DNA of 64,000 nucleotides from the NCBI GenBank assembly GCA_965603825.1, contig CBFDEM010000040.1, positions 776,864-840,863 of the forward strand, in the 5' to 3' direction. Below are positions 38,334-50,488 of this stretch, piece after piece. This DNA comes from Blepharisma stoltei ATCC 30299. Lineage: Eukaryota; Protista; Ciliophora. The translations under genes were made by a program, and so were the position numbers. Below the pieces are notes generated by a model. The model worked only from the letters and a program-made list of their open reading frames with translations. It ran no database searches and was not told where the DNA came from. How positions within the stretch are numbered: the stretch's first letter is position 1; the number at the start of each line of letters is the position of its first letter.

Positions 38334-39061
38334 TAATCCTTCGAATTAGTTGTATTAATGAATAATGCGATGAAGGGTATACTGATAAATTTATTAAATA
38401 TATATTGTATATTAAATGGAGAAAGAATATATAATTTCAATTGAAATTTTTAATTGCAAATACTCTTTCTGCAGCTAATTCTTATTGTTGAAGCATTTCG
38501 AAATATTATCATTGAAAATTATTTTTCAAGTATCTTGCATTCTACAATCTTTATCGCTGGATTGCAATTATTAAAGACAGTCTAGAGCATTATTGCTACC
38601 GTATTCACCAGTGATCCAGCGGGATTCGTCTCTTTGAGATGTCTTTGGTTCGGCTTAAACAGTTTAAATGACTTCGCTTAGCAAATTGCACTAAAATGCC
38701 AATTTACTTATAGCCAGTCTCAAATATACTTTCATTTTATTTTATATACGCTCAAATTACTAAACCTCTACGAGATGAATAAATATAATATTTAAAAAGC
38801 TAATTATTTATATTTGTATTTATTATCGATGTGTATTTATCAGAAACATTACATAAAGTTATTCATATTTAATTATTGAAGATAGCATGGCACGCTGTAT
38901 ATAAATTTTTCTAGCTTATTATCCAATTCTGCTAAGTTAACCAGTGCTTATTTGCATTGCTTCTGCAAAATATTTTTTATATAAAAATTGTTTTTCTTAA
39001 AATAGCGAAGACATACCATTATTTTAATTACCACATTTTATACATATCCTTAATTTTTACA

Positions 39062-39748
39062 TTAAAAACTATCATCATTAGATTTCTTTGCAAGTGGGGT
39101 TTGATTCCTTATCGGCGCAAAAAATTTACTATTCGTTCTTGTAAAAATTCCTGGCAAATCATAAGTCCCCGGTCCAGGGTTTTCATCTCTTGACTGTATC
39201 TTCCCTCTATCTCCAAACCCAAATCCAATTTTTGAAAAATTTGATCTTTCAATCACTTTAAAACTTGGATTATAAGTCCCGGGAGGAGGAACTAAATATT
39301 TTTCCTTCAATTGAATTCTCGGCCTAAATGTAAATTTCGGGCTGTTTTCTCCAATGGGAAGTGACACATTATAAGTCCCAGGTCCTGGCACAAATTTCGT
39401 TTTAATTGGAGTTCTTTCAGCAACAGTCCCAGCACTGAAATTAACTGTCCTTGAATTCATTGTAAACGAACTTGGCGGGTTATATGCTGTGGGTGGCGGC
39501 GAGTCCCTTCCTTTTTCGTTCTTAGGTTCCCATCTTCTACCAAAACCGAATGAAGTGGACCGTTTGGACAAAGATGTAGGCGGAACAATAAAATCAGGAG
39601 TTGTCGCATTTTTTCTGTGCATAAATCGGTCAGCCTTACTGAAACTTCAATGGTAAGAGTCTTTGCCAAGCGTCGTGCTTAGGGCTTCGGCGCTTGGGGA
39701 GGAATTTCGAATTGGCGAGTGAAACTTTGGTTTTAAGTTTTGCTTCAT
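39062..39748 (-). CDS. SHIPPO-1/ODF3-type PGP-repeat ciliary protein
   Basis: Repeats SPPPTAY, PGPGTY, PPPGTY, PGPGTY. ATG 39746-48 is in frame via one TGA. Confidence 0.8.
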
Positions 39749-39766
39749 ATTTAACAAATAAAAAAG

Positions 39767-40549
39767 ATGAGCCGGATAGTGACACTGACGACTGATTTTG
39801 GAAATTCTGATTGGTATGTGGGGGCAATGAAAGGTGTCTTATTAAGGATAAACCCAGCTGTGACTATAGTGGATATTACTCATGACGTTCCGCCTCAGGA
39901 TATTATTGCTGGGTCATTTATTTTATTGAATTTCTGTGATTATTATCCTGAAAATACGATTCATGTAGCTATCGTGGATCCTGGAGTTGGGTCAGACAGA
40001 AGACCTATTGCGGTAAGGCTAAGCAACTCTCAGATATTTATTCTTCCAGACAATGGACTCATAAGCTTGTTAATGCTGAGGTATCAAATCATCGAGACTT
40101 ATCTTATAAGTAATCCTGAACTAATGCTGGAAAATACTAGCTTTACTTTTCATGGCCGAGATATTTTTGCTCCTGTTGCGGCACATCTATCAAATGGCGC
40201 CTCATTAGCTAGCGTAGGACCAAATATTTATGATGCAAAAATTTCACCAATAATTAAGCCTGTATTGGCTAAAGATGAAATGACAGGGGAAATTATTTAT
40301 ATTGATCATTACGGAAATTGTGTAACAAATATAAGAGATGAGCTGAAATATCCAGTCGAAGAGATAAGCATTAAGAACCACAAATTTTCATATATAAATC
40401 AAACATATTCAGAGGTAGAGATTGGGTCTCCTTTAATTCTATTCGGAAGTCATCAATTCTTAGAAATTGCAGTTAATCAAGGCAATGCACAGCGTTTATT
40501 AGGCATAAGCAAGCATGATTTGATAACTGTCAAGCTTTTGCTTGATTAG
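39767..40549 (+). CDS. SAM hydroxide adenosyltransferase (DUF62; SAM-dependent halogenase superfamily)
   Basis: TLTTDFG, YVGAMKGV, VDITH, VDPGVGSDRR, PDNG, TFHGRDIFAPVAAHL, IDHYGN, LEIAVNQGNA. Confidence 0.93.
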   Translation: MSRIVTLTTDFGNSDWYVGAMKGVLLRINPAVTIVDITHDVPPQDIIAGSFILLNFCDYYPENTIHVAIVDPGVGSDRRPIAVRLSNSQIFILPDNGLISLLMLRYQIIETYLISNPELMLENTSFTFHGRDIFAPVAAHLSNGASLASVGPNIYDAKISPIIKPVLAKDEMTGEIIYIDHYGNCVTNIRDELKYPVEEISIKNHKFSYINQTYSEVEIGSPLILFGSHQFLEIAVNQGNAQRLLGISKHDLITVKLLLD

Positions 40550-40707
40550 TGTTTTTTAATTTAATTAAATTTTTAACAGTCTTTATGCAATTTTTTCATA
40601 ATAATTAATAAAAAATTAATGAATTAAACTTAATCAACTATATTATGGACACTATCAATTGTAGACTATAAGTTCAATAAAATTGAGGCTAAATAATTTC
40701 TAAGAAA

Positions 40708-43700
40708 ATGCTGGTTCAATTTTTTTTAGTGCTTATAAGATTTGCAGTAGGCTCAGTCCTGCCTATTGGGTTGGTTTACTCATCAAAAACAGATTCAAGT
40801 TTTCTCTCAGCCCTTATTTCAAATCTTGTAGGCCTACAGCTGGAAATTAAAAATACTTTAGAGCTCTCATTCAGCCTCGACGTCAAATTAGAAAGTATAG
40901 ACTGTTCTTTAGCTGAAAGTTCAAGCCCTTACCAAGTTCCTTCATCCTTTTCTGACGCAGGCATCGTAGTGATCATTGACGCTGCCAACTGTCTGGAGTA
41001 TTCTGAATTTTTAGAATATGTTTCAGTTTCAGCAGGCTTTGTTCATATAGTCATTCAAAGATCATATGACGCTTTAAAAGGAGAAATCCTGAATCCTTAT
41101 ACATTCTTTTTAGAAACCAATTATATCACTCAGGCATATGCATTTTTAGACATCATCAAACTTTATGGCTGGAAAAATCTTGGTTTAATCTATGATAATG
41201 CCCCAGAGTCCATGAATTTCGCCAATTCTTTCAAAAGCATCAACCAAAACTCAGGAGCTACAATTAATGATGAAATTATCGTTAACTTAGACGAGCCGAA
41301 CGTCGAATCTTTTTTTGTGTCAAGATTCCAATCCTCAACTTTAAATGCGGGTGCAAGAATTCTTTTGGTGTGCACAAACCCAAGCATTTCAGCACAAGTG
41401 CTAAGGGCTGCCGATTTAAGTGTGATGGGTGGATCAGGATATGCCTATATCTTTTGTAGCAGCGCTATGACTGATTTAGGAGATATAAGCAAAAATTCGT
41501 ATGTAGACACAGATGAAGCAACTTTTGGAGTGCTAAAATCAGGGGCTATTGGATTTCAGGCACTTGATGACCAGCTTTATGATATTAAGCCAATGGCACT
41601 GATAAGATCAATTTTGATTTTAGTTAGTCAAGGGTATCAGAGTCAAGGCTTCCCAGGGGTCAGCATTTCTGCATCGATTCTGGCGACCTACTTATCAAGC
41701 AGTCCAACAATTTCAGACTCAAAATACCAAATTAGTTTGGATAGTAACAGAATGAAGATAAGCTTATATAATATTTATAATATACAGAATTTCAAGGAAT
41801 ACTTAATTGGATCTTGGAGCTACAGCTCAAGGAAAATCAGTTTGACATCTAGCAGTATTGTTTGGCCTGGGTTTAGTTCAACGACACCTAATGATCAAAT
41901 TCCTTTAATCAAGCTTGGGTTTCTATACCCTGGCCATGACACTTCCGGATCTACTTTTACTATCGGAACGACAATAAAAAATGGCTTTGAACTTGGAGTT
42001 GCAACAGTAAATAAAGAAAAAATAATGGGTGACTATCAATTTTCCGTGAATTATGTCGATACAAATATGCTTACAACTCTAGCTGCTTCTAACGTTCAAT
42101 CCTTAACCAGCTACAGCGTAATTGCATTCGTTGGCCCTTACAATACAGACGAAACAGCTGCATATGAAGCTGCCATCTTAACAGCCTCCGACCCAAAGCC
42201 TTTAATTTCTTATGGCTGTGCGTCAGGCAATTTTTCTTCCAAATCCAGCTACCCCAACTTTTTCAGGTCAATCCAAGCTTATGACCTTGAAGGAACCGCG
42301 GTGGCTGTCCTCCTAAGCCAAATAAAATGGAAAAAGATCTGCGTCATTTACACTTTAGATGATTATGGCTCTCAAATGTATAAAAGTCTCGTGAAAAACG
42401 CCCTTTCTCTAGGCATAGAAATAAGGAATAAAGAATCTAAAAGAGGAATCAGGTACAGCGGCGCTGGATCCACAATAACCCAGAAAACCAAAGATGATGT
42501 AGATGATGCGCTTTCCGCTGTTGTAAGAAAGCAATGTAAAGTCATTGTGTATTTGGGAGACTATGGACTTACACCGTATGTAGCGAAAACTGCACATGAG
42601 AAAGAACTTTATGGATCAGACTATGCGTGGATTGGAGCGAGATGGATTAATAGTGATTTGACTGCCTTAGTCACAAAAAGCTATAGTGGCAGCTCATCTA
42701 AAATTTGGGATGTGCTTGAAGGAGCCGTGGGACTTGACTATAGAACCATAATAGGCACTGAAGGGACTGCATTTGCCGCTAATTATACAGCTGCCTACCC
42801 ATCATCAGCCTATACTGTTTACTCCATATATGCATATGATATCGCTTTTTTCCTTGCAAATGCTATAAGCTCTATTGTAGCTGTAGGAGACAACTTCAAT
42901 AGTGGAACCGATTTAATCAGAACCTTACGCGCTGCTGATTTTACAGGGGCAAGCGGGATCTTTAAAGTCATCACAGAAACAAATGACAGGTTTGGGATAG
43001 GCTACTATGTGGTTAACGTGCAGAAAGGAGTCATAAAAAACGTACAAATCTATGACCCTTCTACTTCCGCTGGGTTTATTAGTATTGATGACAATACCAT
43101 TCTGTACCATGACGGCTCTGCAAGTCCTACTGATGACACCTGGTCGACTTATTATGATTGTCCTTTTGCTGAAAAAATGGTCAGCGTTGATAATGCTGGA
43201 GTTGGAATAGTGGTTATGATCGGTGGATTCCTTTTTATAGTCACTCTCATATTAAGTTACTTTGCTTATAAGAAGTGAAAACTTCTAGAAATCCAAGAAA
43301 TCAACGAGCCAGTGCTGCAAAGCTGGAAAGATACATTGGTCTTTATTACAATTGCTATTGAGTTTTGCCAGTTTGTTGCAATTGCTCCGACTTTTCCAGC
43401 ACTGGAGTCTGTGGTCCAAGGCTTCTCTAATGTGTTTATGATTGATGCTTTAAAAGTTTCACACAGCAATAAGCAAGGATTCTGGGCCATGCTAAGCTGT
43501 GTCTGCGCATTATGCATAATTTGGTTTTTAATTATCATTTCAATTATGAGCAACGCTGAGCAATATATCCAAAACAGTGTCCTCTGCCAAAGAATATATG
43601 AACTCATGAACAATTTATATTTGCCGTTTATCGGGAATACCATGTTTTTGCCTTTTATGACCATTTTGCTTGATGTTTTTGTATGTGATCACAAAGCGCA

Positions 43701-44358
43701 AAAAAAAGCATTCGTCTGGAGAGACTGCTATATGAACTGCTGGGGAAGTGAGCATTCGCCTTATATTATAATCTCAGTTATAGCCATGATGTGCTACGAG
43801 CCTCTTGCAGCCTTTTCACGGCCCCTATGACAGCAAGCAAAAACTGGCATGAACATCATGATCACACCTTTCTTTTTACTGTTCAAAACATGCGCCCAGA
43901 TCCTTTTAATTGCTATAGGAAAGTCCTTGCAAGGCACCTCAGTAATTGCTCATGGGGTTGTTTTCTCAATTCTATTTATCGCATTCACCATTGTTACATA
44001 TAAAATGAAGCCTTTTAATTATGGGAGATGCAACTTATGGGAAATGACATCATTAATTGCAGTATGCTATATATCAGTTTTGGCGACTTTGGCAAATGCA
44101 GGGGATTCTAAACATATTGCCTGGTTCGTGACACTTGCGGCAGGATGGGCAATTATGGTAATTGTAGCGGTTTTTATTCAAAAGAGACATTTTCCGAATT
44201 ATTTGACTTCGACGGGGTCTAGGGGGAAAAGAAAAATATATGATGCGATTATTGTGAGGAAAGGAAGTCAACTGGATTCTGTGGATCTGGACAACTCCAA
44301 TGTGGTTGAAGACCAGCAAGCCCCGACTCCTATGGGAGCTTCTCAAATAAATATATAA
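40708..44358 (+). CDS. Receptor-like protein: signal peptide, two Venus-flytrap (ANF-receptor type) domains and ~9 TM helices, 1216 aa
   Basis: IAFVGPY, LISYGCAS...YPNFFRS, WKKICVIYTLDDYG, YAYD, FTGASG. ORFs joined by TGA at 43276 and 43828. Confidence 0.8.
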
Positions 44359-44375
44359 ATTATAATAAATATAGC

Positions 44376-45110
44376 TTATTTAGCATAGACAGTGATGTGA
44401 TCAATAATAGGCAGCTCTTTCGAAACAACTCCGGATGAATTCACTATTTCAAATTCTATTTTTAGCTGCGGCTTGCTATGTCTAATTGTAGCGCGGATTG
44501 GGCTTGTCCAGACTCCATCTCCCATGCTCCAATGATGAGAGTCCATCCAGGCCAGTCTTCCATCTACCTTCATCATTAATCCCTCTCCGGCCCATTGTTT
44601 ACTCTCAAAATGCACATTTGTTGTTATTTGTATATAGCTGTGCTCCTTAATTTCACTCATTTCAATCGGCAACTGATCAAAAATGCCAATTTCTTCCCAC
44701 TGTGGGACCTTGATTTCCAAAAAGCTCGAAAAATCTTCTCCTCCTTTAAGTTTTGACTGAACGATAGGCTTAGTGTCTAGGAAAGTGGAGTATTCCTCGC
44801 GCTTCGTTTCCAGGAGACTTGTAGTGTAGGTGATTTCTCCATTAATTTTAACTTTTCCTGATAATAAAATTTCTGTATTTAAGGCAATGATTTTGTCGAC
44901 TGTTAAGGTGTTCGCAGTGATTTCGTTGGCTTCAGCGTACTCTGAGACAAAGCTATCGGCTTCGGCGGTTGTGCAGGCGAATGAGGATCCGTCTGGAAGT
45001 TCTATGGAGTAAGAGTCGACTAAGTTGGTGATATTGACGTCCCCAGGAGCTGTGATTGGGTTTTTAGCTTGAACTAAGGAAAAGATGCTGAAAATTAAAC
45101 TGATGACCAT
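44376..45110 (-). CDS. Secreted protein, possible extrusome component
   Basis: Signal peptide MVISLIFSIFSLVQA and a beta-rich C-terminal domain. Confidence 0.7.
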   Translation of the reverse strand: MVISLIFSIFSLVQAKNPITAPGDVNITNLVDSYSIELPDGSSFACTTAEADSFVSEYAEANEITANTLTVDKIIALNTEILLSGKVKINGEITYTTSLLETKREEYSTFLDTKPIVQSKLKGGEDFSSFLEIKVPQWEEIGIFDQLPIEMSEIKEHSYIQITTNVHFESKQWAGEGLMMKVDGRLAWMDSHHWSMGDGVWTSPIRATIRHSKPQLKIEFEIVNSSGVVSKELPIIDHITVYAK

Positions 45111-45169
45111 TTTAATTATCCGTTTATAAATTGAGATAGTTTAAAAGGTGCGCAAGTAAATTATTTAAA

Positions 45170-48100
45170 TTAAAATGGCCTGCACCTGTCAAATAAGCCT
45201 TTATTTTGAGGCTGTGCTGGCGCATATTCAACTCTTTCATGAGCCCTCCTTCCAGGTGCTCTTTTCTTTTTCCTATTGTCAATTTTCCTTTTTTTCACCA
45301 AATTTTTCCTCTTATTTCCGACTGCTTTCGGCCTTGGCACTTTTTGCTCTTTATTCTTCATCTCCCAGTGCCTCGGATCAACCACATTTTTTTTCGGTTT
45401 TGAGTAAGGGACAAATTCTCCAGCCATTCTCCTATATTGCTTTTCTATATGTTCACTTTTTGTAGGAAACGCTTCTTTTCACTGCTCCATAGTCCCTGAC
45501 TCCATGTTATTTTTCCAGATCTTATGGAATGTCTTCTTATTTGGGGTCCACAAAGCATAGCCGTCGCCATAGTTCTTGTCCATGACCAATTTTACACCTT
45601 GATAGTGTCCGTGAGTCAGCATTTTTGCTTTTTCTAAAGCTAATGGCACGTTTTTATGCTTTAATGCATCAACAAACAGATTAAAAGTATGATGGCCTTG
45701 GCATATCCCATATAGGCACCCTGCAGCTTCTTCAAGATCTACAGTATTCTTAAAAGTTTCTGCCCTTTCTTTTCCTTCTTTTATTTGCAGCTCATATAAG
45801 ATTTTTGACTTATTTGCAGCAAGCTCACGATTTACTGTGCCTGAATAAGTTTTTTGGATAAAAACAAGACACTCATCAGGGCTAAAAACATTGGCAATCT
45901 CTCCTTTTTCAATCGAGACTTTTCTAATCTCATCTGTATGCCCAAAGCATTCAATTAAAAATGCAAGTTTCTGCTCATTTGTGATAATTCCAAGATCCTC
46001 CAAAGAGTTTACATCAATTCCAGCATAGGAAAGCTCGGATTTTAAATTGCTTGTGTGTAAGAAAGCATTGACTTTCCCCCATGACTCATCTGCAAACGGG
46101 CTTAAAACTTCAATTCGGTCTGAAAAATTGAATTTTTCGATTTCCATTGCTTTTCCTTTTTCCTTGAAATCTCTGGCAAATGAGCTATAGATTTCAGCAT
46201 ATGAAGCGTTCGGCTTATTAAGACTTTCCCCTAATGCTTTGAGCTGACTTTCAGTGCTGATTTCAAGAAGCTCTTTGCATAGTTCACTGAAATTTTTAGC
46301 GTTTCTTGAAAATTCTCGTCTGATTTCTTCTTCAACAATAAGCTTGAAGATGTCTTTATACTCAGCTAGATCGCCTGCTTCCATAGCAATTGAAATTTGG
46401 CATAAGAAAACCTTGGAATTTGGGATATTTTCAGGTAGCCTTGAGGCTGGATCACTTATATACAGTAATAGCAGTTTGCTGAAGGCTTCAAAATATGTTT
46501 CTCTATTATCAATATATATCTGAAGACAGACTTCCTTGATAAATCCTATGATTTCTCTAGGCAGGCCATCGCTTTCTCTTGTCTTTATTAGCAGCATATA
46601 AGGAATTATAGCGAGCTGTTCTGGACTGTACCCAAAAACATCAACCTGTGTTGTAAATCCTAAGGCAGATTTTATTCGATTTTTTGATATATACCAATGC
46701 TCTTCACACAAATAAAGAGGCATTAGTGCGTTAATAGGGAAATCTGACAAATTTTCACAGGCTTGAGAAGCTGGAGGAGGCATTTCTCCATGCCTATAGC
46801 CGGTGCGTCCCTGAATGATTTGTCCTGCTTTTGTGGTGAATAAATCAGACTCTATAAAAGAGTCGAAAGAAATCAGGTCAGCTGAAACTCCGGTTACTGC
46901 GATCCCATAAGGGTCTCTTGATAAATTTTGAGGCCTTTGGACACAAAAAGTGGCGCATAAGCAGTCTCCTTTGGAAATTAAATCGAAAATATTGGAGCCT
47001 GATATTTTGCATTCTAAATTAGATATCCTTTTCTTATCTCGTAAATGTTCAGTGCTGACTGTTCCTTTGGCTTTATTTATATTAGCTTCAGCAAGTTGGA
47101 ATTCGAAATAGGCGTCTTTATTCTCTTTAATTATTTTCACTTCTAAATTCTTCTTCAGCTGTATTGCATTGGCTACAGCTGAAAGATTTGCCACGTCAAG
47201 ATTTTCCAAGTCATTCCCATCACCTTCAGTTAATTCTCTGAACTTCCCAATCAATTCTACACCTGCATTATAAAACGGAGTTATCTGCATCATCCAAAGA
47301 GGCGAAAAGAACTGTGATTGTGTGTATAAATCGTTAAGTCTCCTTTCAGCCTCATCGATCAGATTCTCCATTTCTCTAAGTCTCAGTCTTGATCCTGCGG
47401 TGCCAGTCTCCAGTGTTTTTAGCACCTTTGTGCTGAGAAAAGATAATAATAAATCGATGGCTTCTTTAAGGTTAAATTCATCGCTCCTTATTGTTTCAAT
47501 TTGGAAATTTTTAACACGGCTTCCTTGATGGAGCTCTGCTGAGCATTCTCCTAAATGATTTTCTGACATATAAATCATCCCTTCAGGTTTTCCAGTACTG
47601 AGATTTTCTTGGACAAGAATTTGGTATAATTGGTCTTCTGCGTACACTTTGCCCCATATTGACAGCTCAAAAGCTAAATTATAGACATTGTTGACAGCCA
47701 CCGGGATACGTCCGCCATCAGGAACATACTGAAAAGTTCCTGGCCTTGTCCCACTATTTGACAGTCTAGTTAGCAGGTCAGCGTTATGGTACTCATCAAA
47801 CCCAATACAGTGAACCGCAATAGACACTTTTGCTTCTTCCATCTGTGCTTTAAATTCCTCCATAAGTGGGGTTAAAAACGCGAGCCCATCATCGTCGTCT
47901 CCATCAGAGAGCCACACACAAAAGACGTTTTTCATGTTTTCCTTCAAAATATGCTCTTTCATTGCTAAAATCACGTTTTTAAACTCAGTTCCTCCGCTCC
48001 CTTTTAGTTGCTCAATCTTTCTGATCATTTCATCATAGCCACTTGTAATAGAGCTCATTTCTTCGAAAACGTGACTAAAAGTGTAGATTGTAACTGGGAT

Positions 48101-48304
48101 GTCCATTTTCCGAAATTTGGATACCAAGCTGCTAGCAGCGCCTCTGGCATCTTCAATAGGGTAGCCATTCATAGATCCACTTTTATCAATAGCAAAAATT
48201 GCGTGAAGTTCTTGGTCAGAAGACTCATCTATTGCAGGAATTTGGAAACGTAAAGAAACGAATTCACTTACGATGTGGATTAGCTCAGCTTGGAGAACCT
48301 CCAT
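45170..48304 (-). CDS. VWA-domain protein, 1044 aa
   Basis: MIDAS motif IDKSGSM, GGT, LSDG, VHCIGF. TGA 45479 joins ORF 45170..45427. Confidence 0.85.
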
Positions 48305-48470
48305 TGTTTTATTTGCAGAAGATTATGGAACTATGAATTTATTTGTAAAAAATCGTCTGATAGAAGCTATTATAATTATTTTAAATTATTATTGTTATAA
48401 TATGCAAAATTTAAAATAAGCTATTAAATATAATTCAGAACGATCCAGAACAGTCTTTCAAAAAATAAAT

Positions 48471-49058
48471 ATGAGTCGACAGTGTTTAAGCCGTTTGCAT
48501 AAAGAATATGAAATGATCATGAAAGACCCAATTCCTAACGCAATTGCATGTCCAGATCCTCAAAACTGGCTCCATTGGCACTTTGTTGTGTTCGGATTGG
48601 ACAAGCCCTACACAAATGGAGTCTACCACTGTGAGCTTAGATTTCCAATTGATTACCCAATGGCTCCTCCTTCAATTATCATGCATACCCCAAGCGGACG
48701 ATTTGATCCGGGGCAAAGAATTTGTACTTCTATGTCTGACTATCATCCAGAGTCCTGAAGTCCTATATGGAGTGTGAGCACTATAATCATGGGTTTTATC
48801 AGCTTTATGCAAAGTGAAGAAAATGCTGCTGGTACAGTCTCCGCTTCCAATATTGAAAAACAAAGGCTAGCTCTACTGAGTAAAGACTTTAATATGAAAT
48901 GCCCGAAATTTATGGAACTCTTTGAGCCTTTTTTTGCGCAAATAATGCCTAAAGAGACAGTTGTAAAGCCTCCTGCTGTTAAAGAAAAAAGTGGGTCGAA
49001 TTGGTTTTTCTTAGGGATGCTATTAATGATAATAGTAGGATACTACTCTTATAGTTAA
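48471..49058 (+). CDS. UBC6: Tail-anchored E2 ubiquitin-conjugating enzyme (Ubc6/UBE2J)
   Basis: TPSGRF, ICTSMSDYHPES-W(TGA 48756)-SPIWSV, C-terminal TM. Confidence 0.93.
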
Positions 49059-49084
49059 ACGAGGTATAAATAAAATCGTTATAA

Positions 49085-50488
49085 ATGGATAGCAGAAATC
49101 TCCAATTGACAAAAGAAATTATAGGAAAGACTCTAGGGCAGTCAGGAGAAGATGTAAAAGATATATAGTCACTCAATAGTCTTGGGAAGGAACTGAGAAT
49201 ATTGCTATCTCAAAAGAAGCTCCCAAAAGAGCCGTGGACTGATTTGATGATACAAAGCGTCCTTACAGACTTAGCCATGATGGATTCTAATAATTTTACT
49301 TCAAGAGCAGGTGTGGGAGAAAGAGAAGGGAGGATTTTCTCTTCAATTGTCCAACATAGGCACTTTTATTTTTCACACGGAATTGGGAGATCAGGAGAGA
49401 TTTCAGCGATCCAGCCTAAAGCTGCAGGGTCAAGTTTAATGGCAATTCTTACAAACACCTTTGCCAAACATGCATTGAAAATCTCTGGAATAAGAAAAGT
49501 TGACTGCATGGTTGTGCCAATGGCGACTGGGATGTCTATATCATTGGCAATGCTTGCACTGAAGCCTCAAAGACCGGTATTAGTAACTTAGCAAGCTAAA
49601 TATGTTGTCTGAACAAGAATTGACCAAAAGACTTGCTTAAAATGCATCTATACGATTGGGTTGCAAGCAATTGTGGTGGAGCCAGAATTAAAAGGAGACG
49701 CAATAGTGACTGGAGATGTGCTAAATGCTATAGAGAGGGTGCCTATTGATGAAATTTTGTGCGTTTTGTCAACAACTAGCTGCTTCGCTCCAAGGGAGCC
49801 GGATGATATTGAGAGAATTTCGGCTATTTGTAAAGAAAAAGGGATTCCTCACATCGTTAATAATGCATATGGGCTTCAATGTCACAAAATCTGTGGAAAA
49901 ATATCAAACTCAATCAGAAACGGGAGAGTTGATGCCATTGTGCAGAGCACAGACAAAAATTTTATGGTCCCTGTTGGAGGAGCAGTGATTGCTTGTCCAA
50001 GCTCCGAATTCCTCAAGAGTATATCGTCAACTTATCCAGGACGCGCATCAGGTGCTCCAATTCTGGATCTTTTCGTGACCTTCTTGTCTATGGGTGAAGC
50101 TGGGTATCAAAGAATTCTCAGAGAAAGAAGATCATTAGTTCCAATATTCAAGCAAAGACTTAGTGAGTTTGCTCGTTCATTTGGTGAAAGGTTGCTGGAA
50201 TCACAGAATAATACAATTTCATATGCTATTTCTCTAGACCATTTTCCTAATCCAACTGCAATTGGCTCTTCACTGTTTTTAAGGAGAGTGTCAGGAACTC
50301 GAGTAATTACTCCTCAATCAAGTAAATCAGTGTGTGGCATTTCCTTCAATAGTTATGGGGCAAGCTATAGCAATTACCCTTTAGCTTATATAACAGCTGC
50401 TTGTGCAGTTGGATTATCACCCCAAGAAGTTGATCTATTTTTTGAGCGTTTATCTCAAGTCTTGAGAGATTCGAGAGCTGCTTACTAG
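49085..50488 (+). CDS. SEPSECS: O-phosphoseryl-tRNA(Sec) selenium transferase (selenocysteine synthase), 457 aa
   Basis: MDSNNF, GVGEREGRI, HGIGRSG, QPKAAGSS, VPMATGMS, KYVV-W(TGA 49610)-TRIDQKTC, VNNAYG, QSTDKNF. Introns 49154..49168 and 49577..49591. Confidence 0.95.
49154..49168 (+). other. 15-nt intron
   Basis: gtaaaagatatatag. Confidence 0.82.
49577..49591 (+). other. 15-nt intron
   Basis: gtattagtaacttag; removal restores RP-QAKYVVW. Confidence 0.9.

Noticed and set aside
39767-40549. Calling this gene a true fluorinase/chlorinase, or bacterial contamination
   Set aside because: The TFHG His and Asp/Arg indicate the DUF62 hydrolase type; it is AT-rich and tightly embedded among eukaryotic genes.
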